From: Nemertoderma westbladi
Taxonomy: Eukaryota > Animalia > Xenacoelomorpha
Direction of reading: 5' to 3'
NCBI GenBank assembly: GCA_032718475.1
Contig: JAUCBJ010007628.1
Coordinates: 1 to 64,000, forward strand
Length of the DNA: 64,000 nt
Shown here: piece by piece, positions 53,144-64,000 of the stretch
How the letters are laid out: every line of letters begins with the position of its first letter
Position numbering within the stretch: the first letter of the stretch is position 1
Translations under genes and position numbers: made by a program
Notes under the pieces: generated by a model
The model's input: the letters and a program-made list of their open reading frames with translations, nothing else
Database searches by the model: none
Told to the model about the DNA's origin: nothing

Positions 53144-55007
53144 TAGGGCAACGATTTTGAACAATTCTTTGCGTTTTTCGCGATCTTCGCAAATGTCGCG
53201 ATCTTCGCGATATTTTGTGTTTAACAATACTATAGGTGGAGCTTCGCAAACGTCCCGATCTTTGCGAATGTTCTAGAATATTTTTTTTTTTAATGAAAGA
53301 AAACCTATTAATAACAAATATTATAGTTTTATATTAAAATATTTATGTTCTAGAACAAAATATATTAGTTCTAGAGAAAAAAGTATTTTTAAATAAATCG
53401 CCAATATTTTCTAGAATATCTTCAAAATTTTTACAAAGATTGCGAAAAACGCGCAATTTCGCAAAAGTCGCGATTTTTGTTAAATACAGTATCAGAATCT
53501 ATCTTAATATTATTTAACAATGCTATAGGCGGGGTTTCGCAAACATTTCCAAATTTCTGGAAGGCCTACACCAATACATGGAATTCTAGAATATTATTTT
53601 ACACCATATATTAATATATATATAGATATATAACATTCCAGAATTCGGTGAACAATACTAATATATAAATTTTGCACTACAGTCCTTTCCTTATACTGTA
53701 TTTAAAACAATTATGAATTGTATACTAATAAGGCCAGCAACAATAATTTGCTGTATCCATGAATATCTATATTCTAGAAGAGAACACAAATAAACTATGC
53801 ATATTTTATAAAGATACGATACGATACGGATACAGTTTCGTGTAGTTTAGCTACGAGTTCAGTACTGGTGATATTTCGAATATATTTCATAGCTAAGTGA
53901 AAGAACAGTGTTCCAGTACTGCTATGACAAACATTTGGTTTTGTGTCATAAAATTTCAATGAAAGTTCTACTTCTATTTTTTCGGTAAGCAAATTTAGCA
54001 AAAGTTTGGAACTACGCATAAAAATTTCGCATCTGATGATCCACCTATAGAAATAGTATACACAACATTCGCGAAGATCGCGACGTTCGCGAAGCTCTCC
54101 ACCTATAGTGTGTCGTATTGCTGAAAGGAATGTCGGGTTCGCCTAGGTTTTGTGGAACTTCGCAAACGTCGCGATCTTTGCGAAATTTTGTGTTTAACAA
54201 TACAGTGGATATATATTATTAGTTCTAGAGAAAAAAAAATATTTTTAAATAAAATAGCTAACATGTTCTATACACTATTAGTATTAGTATTGTTCACAGA
54301 ATTCTAGAATGTTACATATATACAGACAGATGGTATAAAATTGTATTCTAGAAGTCCATGTATTTGTGTAGGCTTTCCAGAAATTTTGCTATTTTTGTGT
54401 CGATGTACCTATAATGGTATTAATACATAATATTATTAAAGGTTGATAAATTTTTTTATTGAAGCTCCACCTATAGTATTGGTAAACACAAAATATCGTG
54501 AAGATCGCGATGTTCGCGTAGCTCCACCTATAGTATTTGTAAACACAAACTATCGTGAAGATCGCGACGTTTGCGAAGCTCCACCTATAGTATTGTTAAA
54601 CACAGAATATCACGAAGATCGCAACGTTTGCGAAGCTCCACCTATAGTATTGTTAAACACAGAATATCACGAAGATCGCAATGTTTGCGAAGCTCCACCT
54701 ATAGTATTGTTAAACACAGAATATCACGAAGATCGCGACGTTTGCGAAGCTCCACCTATAGTATTGTTAAACACAAAATATTGTGAAGATCGCGACGTTT
54801 GCGAAGCTCCACCTATAGTATTGTTAAACACAAAATATTGTGAAGATCGCGACGTTTGCGAAGCTCCACCTATAGTATTGTTAAACACAGAATATCACGA
54901 AGATCGCGACGTTTGCGAAATTTCGTGATTTTCGCAATCTTCGCAATAATCGCGATGTTTGCAAAGATCGGGAAAATTGTGAAGAAATTTTCAAAATCGT
55001 TGCCTCT
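53144..55007. mobile_element. Foldback-like non-autonomous element nested in the LINE
   Basis: GGCAACGATTTTGAA at 53147 and TTCAAAATCGTTGCC ending at 55004; further inverted blocks at 53570-53665 and 54285-54385. Confidence 0.75.
54461..54918. repeat. 57-bp tandem repeat, 8 copies
   Basis: Unit GAAGCTCCACCTATAGTATTGTTAAACACAGAATATCACGAAGATCGCGACGTTTGC; one inverted unit at 53195-53255. Confidence 0.93.
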
Positions 55008-57881
55008 TCTAACTTCTCCTGAAACTCCTCTTTTATTGCCTTTATTAAGGGAATAATTAATTTGTTGTGGTCTGGATCTGAGTTGTTTCTCGATTGCCCT
55101 TTCTTCTTTTGTCGTGGGTAACTATTGGGAATAAATTTCTCTGAAGCTTCTATAATGGTTTCGGTTAGGTGTGCAAGTCTTTCGGAAATGTGTTGAGCAG
55201 AGTCTTGTTTAGCATCAGGTGTAATGATGGGCTTCCAGATGAGACGCAATGGAATCCTTATATTTTTGAATTTGGTCCTGGGATGCCTTGCTGAAATTAA
55301 AGCAAGGTATGTTTCTTTTGTGATTTTTACTTCTTTCTTCTAATTGGGGGAGTGATGGGGGAAAGGTAAATTCGGAAATGACAGGGACATGATCGGACAT
55401 ATTACTGTCCTCATGCTCCAGTACCTTGGCAGAAAGTAAATGCTTATTTAGTGAGTCTGTTATGATATGATCGATGTAGCTTTCTCGTATTACTTCACCT
55501 GTAGCTGATTTGGACCAGTAAGTACATTGTGGGCCTGTTCCTTTGTTTGTCATATCGGTGACAAACATGTTATAGACATCTAGAATAGAACCATATTGTT
55601 GAAGATGGTACCGAATTCAGAAGGGTATTGTGAACCTCGAAGGTAATAATCCTTGCCTGAAATAGAACCGTTAATGTTGCCAGCCAAAATAGTTCTAAAA
55701 CCCATACTGTCAGCTTCTTCTATAAGCAGGGTTATCTTTGATAGTGTCTCAATATAATCTGATTTATTGCATGGCATTTTGGAGTCAGAAGGCATATATG
55801 TCCCAATAACGATGAGTTACTGTTCAAATAAGCCAGATATAAATTTTGCTAAGATTCTGTCACTTTGAACATTAACTGCTGTACAGTTAAGGTTGTCCTT
55901 TATGAGGAGTGCAACACCCCCCCTCACCCGGAATCTTGGTTTTTTAATCATCATATTAGCAGATACTGTGTGAACCAAACACTTTTATAGCCAGGAATCG
56001 TGTTATTTTTCTTCAAATGAAACTCTGCCTGATGTGGAGCCATCCAGTGTTCTTGCAATATTAGCATATCAGGTTTATATTCATTTCTAAAGTCATTAAT
56101 GTATTTTCAATTTCTAATATAGCCTTTACAATTATAAGTTGCAATTAAAAGTGTTTATGATTGTTGTGCAACAAGGACTTACTATGGTGTTGTGTTGGTT
56201 ATGATAGATGTAGTCGGAGTTTATTTTTGATTCTCGATCGGTGAGGGATTTAAAAAGGCCAGCATTGGTTTGTGTATTGGGCCTCTCTGTGGTGATGATC
56301 ACGATTGGGGTTATAGTTACCCATATGAGAATTGGTATGGTATCTTTGGGTTGTTTTCGTGTTGTAAAACGCTACTCTTTCTTGTCTGTGTTGGTAGTGG
56401 GGGCGCAAATATGATGGAAGTCATTCTCTGACCTGGGGATCTATTCCGGGCCAAATGGCAAGTTGCAGGTAGGTTCTCATGTCTGATTTTTCTATAGTTA
56501 TGTTGGTTTCCTTTAGTCTGCCAGAAATCCTCCTAACCCAAACGTGGACTGGATGTGATCCTGTTTATTTATGGCACAGCTGGGCAAGTGATATAGATGA
56601 AGTGTTAATTGGAAGACCCGTGACCATAATTGTCCGTGTTGGTACGTGTGCTTCATTGAGGTTGCTGCTTGATGATGCTGATGGTCTTATCGGTATATAT
56701 GCTTTACCGGAGGTATAACTTGTTTTTTGTTTAAGTATGAATAGCTACGCAATAGATTTATTGGATAGGAATACCGCTGTTGCCAACCAACTCATAAAAT
56801 AAATAACACATTCTAGAATTGTGTGTATTTATTAAATAGAATATATGGCCTACAACGAATGATCGTTCTTGCAATCTTAGAACGCCTAATCTCAGGTGTT
56901 TCTCAACGAAAGTCAGATATTGTTACATATTTCGAATCCTTGCAACTCAAGCTTTTTAATGATATGTAAAAAATTACGACTAAAGTGAAGAATGGCCACG
57001 ATACGGATGGTACGATTTCCCAATAGACACTTTTTTATAACGCTTATAAAAAAAATTTAAGACAAAACCTAAATTTCCAGCTTCATGGGGTCAACCACGG
57101 TGAGTGGAACTAGTTGGGATTACAATTTCAAGTAATATGATAAAGATTTGTAGAAAAATCTGGGGGGGGGGGGTCCGTGTCATGAGAAAATGACACTATA
57201 TTACGGGACATATATATATTACGGGTGTAGTAAAGTGGAAATCATTGATTGATTGAACATGGGATCACTGTCCATTGGAGAGACAACTCAGTGGGACTTG
57301 ATAAATAAATGTTATAATGATGTCTACAGCACATCCTCATTTAACACTAGACATAATTCCTCAAGATTATCAACATTATAAGTGAGCCATCTATATACAG
57401 CGGTTATGCCTGCATACCACAGTGATTCTAGATTTATTTATTTATAATTCATAATTTTCATTACATCTCGGAGGTATTCTATTTTCATTGTGAACCGGGT
57501 TTAAGTGACTGATCTATGTTTACCTACCCCAGTTTACTCCGTATTAGTACGGTTTTAATTCCCCCCACCCCCCCCCCCCCCCCCCCCCCCCACCCCCCTG
57601 ACGATTATAACTGATGGTGTTTACTTTTAATGATGTGTACTTATGCGTATTTTTAATGATGTGTACTTATGTGTACTTTTAATGTTTCTGTGTACTCTAA
57701 TTTTAATATCATTTTAGATGATTAAAGCAAATGAAATAACATGAATAAAGCTTCACGTTTGATGCTTAATCTTTTAATGTCATATAATTTATGTTATTAT
57801 ATTTTAACATTAAGTAGTATTGTAGCTCTTCTCACACGCAATATTTTATATAGTTTATGTCGATTATAAAAATAATTTCAG

Positions 57882-57970
57882 GTTTGTTGGCAATCAGAGG
57901 GGGACTAGCATGGTCTTCGACAGATGTGTAGTTTACAGGGGTCAGCAACAGATTTCCGAAGTAACCAATT
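57882..57970 (+). CDS. Host gene exon H (89 nt, phase 2-1)
   Basis: Acceptor atttcag|G, donor AATT|gtaagt. Only the phase-2 frame is open (FVGNQRGTSMVFDRCVVYRGQQQISEVTN), matching the phase-2 end of exon G. Confidence 0.75.
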
Positions 57971-58284
57971 GTAAGTTAGTACCTATAATTCTCATAACCT
58001 ATTTACGAGCGCTTGAAAACATGTAACAATCAAATTGAAAGGAAATTTAAATATTTGAATACATATTAATATACAGTATAATATACGAATACAAAATATA
58101 TTACTGTCCGTGTAGTGTATATAATATTTTGTTAATAATTGTGTTACCTTATGTTTTGGCCTAAATGGGCAGTGATTACTTGGCAGCTTACGAAATATAT
58201 GTAATTCTCTAAAATATACATGCAGGAAATCCATTCTGAATTATTTTACTAATTAACTGAGTACATATTATATTTACATCCAAA

Positions 58285-59415
58285 ATCGTATGTTCAGCAT
58301 ACTTTCATTATATGGGATTCCTGATGAAATTATTGCAGCAATCAGATCAGTATACGATGGTTCGACAACATTTGTGTCTACTGTTGACGGTGACACAGAA
58401 CCATTTGAAGTGTTATGGGGCGTCCTCCAGGGAGACACACTTGCACCATTCTTGTTCATAATTGTTGTTGACTATGTTCTACGCATGTCCTTAGATCATC
58501 ATAATGGTGATGGGGTGATGATAACTCCACCTACTGGCTCCAGAAGTCGAGGAAATCCTGCCAAGTACCTAACTGATCTAGACTTTGCTGATGACTTAGG
58601 AGTACTCTCAGAATCACTAGAGGGAGCCCAACGGCTCCTCAGCTCATTAGAACATGCTGCTTCTAGTGTTGGTCTTTTTATTAACTCCAGAAAGACCAAA
58701 ATTTTGACAGTTAACTTTGAAAGTCCTCAGCAAGTCTCTGATCGGATGAGCATAAGCTCAAAATATGGTATGCTTGAGCATGTGGATGACTTCTGTTACC
58801 TGGGATCATGGATCCGGAAATCAGGTGAGGACCTTCGAATACGTAAGGGAAAGGCATGGGCAGCCTTGAATAGGCTTTCCAGGATTTGGAAGTCACCGAG
58901 AATTAATCGGAAACTTAAGGTCCGGTTATTTAGAGCAGCAGTAGTTCCAGTACTCCTCTATGGGAGTCCATGCTGGGCTCTAACTGCTGAGGACACCAAA
59001 TCTCTGGACGGCACATTCACAAGAATGCTACGCCGGGTTCATTGTGTCAAGTTCAATGCACACATCTCCAACCAGACACTATATAACATTGGAGGTGTCT
59101 CATTCGGTTCCCCCAAGCTTGACACTAGAACAAAATCGCCTCCGCTTTGCAGGACATTGCTTTCGCCGTGAGGACCAGCCAGTGCATAATCTTGTACTTT
59201 GGCAGCCTCATGGAGTGAATAAGCATGGTGGACAGCCCATGACTTTCTTGAGACGCATCTTAAAGGACACTGGCCTTGAAGATGCGGATGATCTAGCAAA
59301 TGTCATGGGTGATAAGGAGTTGTAGCGGTGCAATTTTGTCGATAAGCCGGCACAGCATTCTTAAAAATGCAGCTGCAATGCAGCATGCCGATCCTAGTAG
59401 TAGTAGTAGTAGTAG
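58285..59415 (+). mobile_element. 5'-truncated RTE-clade LINE, copy 1, TSD TACATCCAAA
   Basis: YGIP, GVLQGDTLAP, DFADD and (TAG)n tail. TSD at 58275-58284 and 59416-59425. One 1-nt frameshift near 59105 and a TAG stop relative to copy 2. Confidence 0.93.
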
Positions 59416-59507
59416 TACATCCAAACAGTATCATGTATAGTTTATGTTTTTATCTTCAATAGTTTAATTTAATATAAAGCAACGACTTGACCTATTTCCC
59501 TTCATAG

Positions 59508-59778
59508 CTATTCATTTACATGCGCGGGTTTGTGCTACCATTCCAACTTGGAGATGTGTTAGTCGAAATGCTTTTGAATTTGCCTCGGCTGAGGAAGATC
59601 AGAGTGAAGATGCTGATACAGATAGAAGAGGTCGTATCGCTTACTGTAATAAGGGTGAGGTCGCCATTAGTTGCACTGGTAGAAGTCCATCTATGACTGG
59701 CGACGTTATAGGTATCAAACCACTGCTTGCATTAGACAAAAAAGGAAAGGCAATACTACCAGGTTGCCAAACATTTGG
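59508..59778 (+). CDS. Host gene exon I (271 nt, phase 1-2): end of Cys module 1 and most of module 2
   Basis: Acceptor cccttcatag|CT, donor TTTGG|gtaagt. Frame SIHLHARVCATIPTWRCVSR...RIAYCNKGEVAISCTGRSP...PGCQTFG is open. Confidence 0.85.
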
Positions 59779-60745
59779 GTAAGTAAAACAACGAGATACT
59801 GCATTGAGGGATAAATGGGAAGGCCATATTCCATATCACATGAGATATATACAGTAAGTTACAACAGTGTGCTAGTCCGCTTACTAACTCACTGCGTTGC
59901 GATTTGAAATAAAATAGCAGGTGTCCCACCACGTTGTCTTGACGATGAACTGGCTTAAAAGCATAAAAATGAAATTTATGAATACAAATCGAAAACAGTA
60001 TGAATATAAAAATGTATGTGCACAAATATTTAAACATTTGCGGCATGAAGCTAAATATTGTTAGCTACAATTGGGGCAATTTTTCAAATTATTTTCTTAG
60101 CTCAAATTAACTATAGGCCTAGTGATTTAATATAATTTTAATTATAAATCAGGCAAATAAATTTAATGTAATATAATATCAGATATCAATTTACAATTTC
60201 GAATAATAACATCAGAAGCCTCAGGAAGGAGCGAAGAAATTCTACAACTATATAACACTATTAAAAACTCTCTAAGTCCTATAACAAGGAACACCCCTCG
60301 CTTCGTTGATTATGAACAAGACTTGAACTAATCATAAACCCAGCAAGTTATTAGATAAATGTAACTCATACTTCCTTACATTTGGTGGCGGTAAAGGAGA
60401 TGTATATGTATGTTTATATATGTATTCTGGTGAAGGGTCTTTTTATCTGTCTCAGGCCATGCCTGGGGGCTGTACAGTTGTGTATGTTGTACCGGTACCT
60501 TCACTGCACACTGAGTTGCATTATTTTACCGTCTGACCGGTATTGCAGTACTACCTCATTGAGTCATTACAGTATTAGTTAGTTGACATTATACTGATGA
60601 GTGACTGCCACTATGTCAGTTCTTACACTTCTCGTAATCACTGTTCCCCTCTGTACGGATAGACTATATCAATAAATTATAGAATAACTTATCGTCATTT
60701 GTAATTATGATTCAAAGAAGAATAAATTTAGAAACGTTATTGCAG

Positions 60746-61068
60746 ATTCCAGAAGATGATACCATCAGCATTCTGTTGCCCTTCGGAGATAAAAAAACGT
60801 CGACGTCGTCGTGATTCGAAGAAAAAAAAGCAAAAAGTTAAATGCCGAATAGAGAAATCCGTCCCTAGTTCAAGTGATTACAATGCTAAGGCGAAGGCGA
60901 CTTGTCCTGTTGGCTACTTTGCGACTGGTTGTGGATATATGCCTAACCCCTATCCTGGGTTTGTTAAAACGTCCGGTGGTTCAGACGTTGGTGAAGGAGG
61001 ATTGGAATGGCGTATTGTTTCTGCGGCGGAGGAGGGACGTTACAAAGCCAATGGGGCATATATAAGTT
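60746..61068 (+). CDS. Host gene exon J (323 nt, phase 2-1): end of module 2, polybasic linker, start of module 3
   Basis: Acceptor attgcag|A, donor AGTT|gtaagt. FQKMIPSAFCCPSEIKKRRRRRDSKKKKQKVKCR...AKATCPVGYFATGCGYMP...NGAYIS. Confidence 0.87.
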
Positions 61069-61323
61069 GTAAGTTACTGAACTGTCCGTTCTCCATAAGA
61101 AAATACATTATAGTTTGTTAATTTGTTTTTCAACCATATTATTTAAATATTAAACGCAAAATATCATATAGTGGTATGATAACGGCTCCATGGCAAAACA
61201 CTTCTTCCTTTAAATCATGTAAGGAATGGAAAGAGAGTTCGAACGAATTAGTGAAAGGATTTTTCTATTAGTTGGCAGTAGAAAATGTTCCAAATGCTGT
61301 ATGTAAGGTCACTGTCACTTTAA

Positions 61324-63060
61324 CCCTATAAAAGCCGGGGGGGGGGGGGGGGGGTGTCAATATGACCCCCCCCCCCCCCCCTTAATTTTTTGTTATAACT
61401 CTGAAACAAACGCAGTTGGGAATCTGAAATTTTATGACTTTTCCAAAAAATATATTGTCTTCCTAATAGTAAAACGGTTTTCAAATATATTGAGAAGTTT
61501 TCGAAATATAGCACCATTTTTTAACTCTACTTTTGGCACATTTTTTGAGACGTTTTTTAAAAATTATTTTTCATAAAATATGATTTGTAACATCTCTATT
61601 TTTGATTTACACCGATTTTATGGTGTTTGCAATTAGATGGAATTCATATAAATTAATTTAGAAATTTTAAACGTGTTTTTTTCGCCAAATTTTTAATTAT
61701 GTCAATTTTGTAAATTTATTTTTTGAGCAATAGGGGTTTTTTGGGGTTCAAGTGTTGATGGAATATATATACGAGTTGCACCAGACGTATCAATCTTGTA
61801 TTTTACGGTGAGCTGTGGGTCGTTTGCACAAAAAGTAGCCAAATTCAAGGTTAAAAATTTTTTTTCGCCAACCCTATCGAATCATGCATATTTCGAATGC
61901 CATTAGCGTGCTGATTTCAAATTTCATAGTCGTTTATTTTTTCTACCAATAGTAAAAAAGTTATGGAAGAAAAACGTACGTCTCGTCGGTAACGCTTTGT
62001 CTCATATAAATTTCCTTGTTTTAAACATGCGTTACGTTTTGGACATGTCTCTTCTGTAACGAAAGTGTAAAGACAGTTTATTTGCGTTACATCTTTCTGT
62101 GCATGCTTTACAAGTGAGACAGTGTTACAATGCGTTACATACCGTTATGTGCAGGACAATTGGGGACATGCTTAGCAATCTGATTAGGTTAACGTGAAAT
62201 CTTGACCTTGTATATCATTAGATAGCGCCTTCAGAAACGGTCTAAAAAAAACTTTATATGAAGTAAATCCGATTTGTAGAAGAAAAGTTAGAGCGAAAAT
62301 AAGGGCGTTACAAGATGGACATTTCCAATAACGTAAGAAAACTGCTTGGTTAACTTTTGGGCATAACTTCTGTTAGACTTATCGTTTCGCATTCAATCGT
62401 ATATATACGGATAGCAAATAAAATTATCTTTCGGAAAATACTTAATTTGAAACATACACATTTCACACTCAAAAGTTATCTTTAAAAAACGAGCGTTACA
62501 ACTCATGAAAAATTTCTAAAAACAAATTTATATAATTTTTTATTGCTTCAAAAACAAATTTTAAACAAGTGTTCCCCCATTACTGGATTGTAGATCACGA
62601 AATAAGCTTTTGGCCGATGTATAGTTTACTGGAAGTATCTCTTACTAACATTTGGTTATGATTGTTTGTATCTCAAAAACATAGAAATATACAGTATGTC
62701 AAATTGCTTTCAACCAATGCCAAAAAATGGGCAAAAATTCACTCTACAGAAATATATAAAGGTTTATATTGTTTTGGTTATTTTCTGCTGAGATATGGCT
62801 TATAAAAAGGCGAAATTACAGGGGACGTAATTTGGCCACTTTGGGCCATTTAGGCACGAAATTTTGAAAATACATTCAATAGTTCAATTGATTTATGACA
62901 ACTTATTTCTCGCGTTTTAGAGGTTTATGGCGGTTCCGAATTCAAATGGATAAATAATTATCTAACTAGACATCTCAAATCTCTATTTTTCGGAAGTGGG
63001 TGCAAAATTTGAAAACCATCAAATATATAATTTCATTGTGTCACCTTGTTTCTTGCGTAT
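61324..63060 (-). mobile_element. Second, truncated and inverted copy of the 29600-31181 TTAA element, with a nested ~1 kb insertion (about 61811-62852)
   Basis: TTAA|CCCTATAA start. 61324-61810 and 62853-63060 are reverse-complement homologs of 30400-31181. The nested piece has imperfect ends AAAGTAGCCAAATT and AATTTGGCCACTTT. Confidence 0.75.
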
Positions 63061-63177
63061 GCAGCAGCAGCACAAATCGATACCACTCCTGTCAGTCAGT
63101 AGTACGCTAGTACAGTGGAAGCTGTATGCAGCAGCAGTACACATCGATACCATTCATGTCATTCAGTAGTGCGCTAG

Positions 63178-64000
63178 TACTACTACTACTACTACTAGGA
63201 TCGGCATGCTGCATTGCAGCTGCATTTTTAAGAATGCTGTGCCGGCTTGTCAACAAAATTGCACCGCCACAACTCCCTATCACCCATGACATTTGCTAGA
63301 TCATCCGCATCTTTAAGGCCAGTGTCCTTTAAGATGCGTCTCAAGAAAGTCATGGGCTGTCCACCATGCTTATTCACTCCATGAGGCTGCCAAAGTACAA
63401 GATTATGCACTGGCTGGTCCTCACGGCGAAAGCAATGTCCTGCAAAGCGGAGGCGATTTTGTTCTAGTGTCAAGCTTGGGGGAACCAATGAGACACCTCC
63501 AATGTTATATAGTGTCTGGTTGGAGATGTGTGCATTGTACTTGACACAATGAACCCGGCGTAGCATTCTTGTGAATGTGCCATCCAGAGATTTGGTGTCC
63601 TCAGCAGTTAGAGCCCAGCATGGACTCCCGTAGAGGAGTACTGGAACTACTGCTGCTCTAAATAATCGGACCTTAAGTTTCCGATTAATTCTAGGTGACT
63701 TCCAAATCCTGGAAAGCCTATTCAAGGCTGCCCATGCCTTTCCCTTACGTATTCGAAGGTCCTCACCTGACTTCCGGATCCATGATCCCAGGTAACAGAA
63801 GTCATCCACATGCTCAAGCATACCATCTTTTGAGCTTATGCTCATCCGATCAGAGACTTGCTGAGGACTTTCAAAGTTAACTGTCAAAATTTTGGTCTTT
63901 CTGGAGTTAATAAAAAGACCAACACTAGAAGCAGCATGTTCTAATGAGCTGAGGAGCCGTTGGGCTCCCTCTAATGATTCTGAGAGTACTCCTAAGTCAT
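63178..64000 (-). mobile_element. RTE-clade LINE, copy 2 (inverted, near-identical to copy 1, runs off window)
   Basis: ORF 63228-63887 matches the copy 1 peptide almost residue for residue; (CTA)n tail at 63178-63197. Confidence 0.93.

Larger units (their letters stand above)
51880..56720 (-). mobile_element. Decayed APE-type LINE (RTEX-like), interrupted by a foldback element
   Basis: Minus strand APE motifs LQEHW near 56050, GNING, YIDHII and SDHVPV. RT motifs FRGITIL, LQLGYK, LDLTSAFDKV and YADD near 52105. Many frameshifts. Confidence 0.8.
51082..57211. mobile_element. Non-autonomous DNA element with long inverted arms, hosting nested insertions
   Basis: ATGACCCGTAATATAGTGTCATTTTC...TTTTTCTACAAATC (51082-51148) is the reverse complement of 57144-57211. 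A second inverted pair lies at 51238-51345 and 56889-56992. Confidence 0.8.

Noticed and set aside
54443-54928. 161-aa repeat protein EAPPIVLLNTEYHEDRDVC
   Set aside because: Translation of the 57-bp tandem repeat inside a foldback arm; no splice or start support.
12917-59325. Alternative genetic code to explain in-frame stops in several transposons
   Set aside because: The stops replace different expected residues (R, K, E/Q, W), and RTE copy 2 has TGG where copy 1 has TAG, so these are ordinary mutations.
61172-61307. Next host exon (SCKEWK...GFFY*LAVENVPNAVCK, faintly like a fibrinogen-domain N-terminus)
   Set aside because: It contains an in-frame TAG, and its acceptor phase (2) does not match the phase-1 end of exon J.

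Overview
Eukaryotic (intron-rich, probably invertebrate animal) genomic DNA; species not determinable from the sequence. The window lies inside one large + strand host gene that the ORF track mostly misses. I reconstruct 10 phase-compatible GT-AG exons (11175-61068, 1899 nt, 633 codons, no stop). They encode an SRCR-like domain, a 6-Cys module, two recently duplicated Ig domains and three PCSK9-C-terminal/resistin-like Cys modules with a polybasic linker; both gene ends lie outside the window or were not found. The introns hold a >10.6 kb 78-87 bp satellite derived from a LINE reverse-transcriptase motif, a CRE-clade retrotransposon inside a microsatellite, several minisatellites, RTE and RTEX-like LINEs, BEL fragments and non-autonomous TTAA and foldback DNA elements. 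They also hold a very young 16.2 kb BEL/Pao LTR retrotransposon (2287-bp LTRs, AAAAG TSD) with a tRNA-like box in its LTR, no canonical TGG primer site and nine dispersed copies of a 20-nt hairpin motif. All family assignments come from motif recognition by eye, not database searches.
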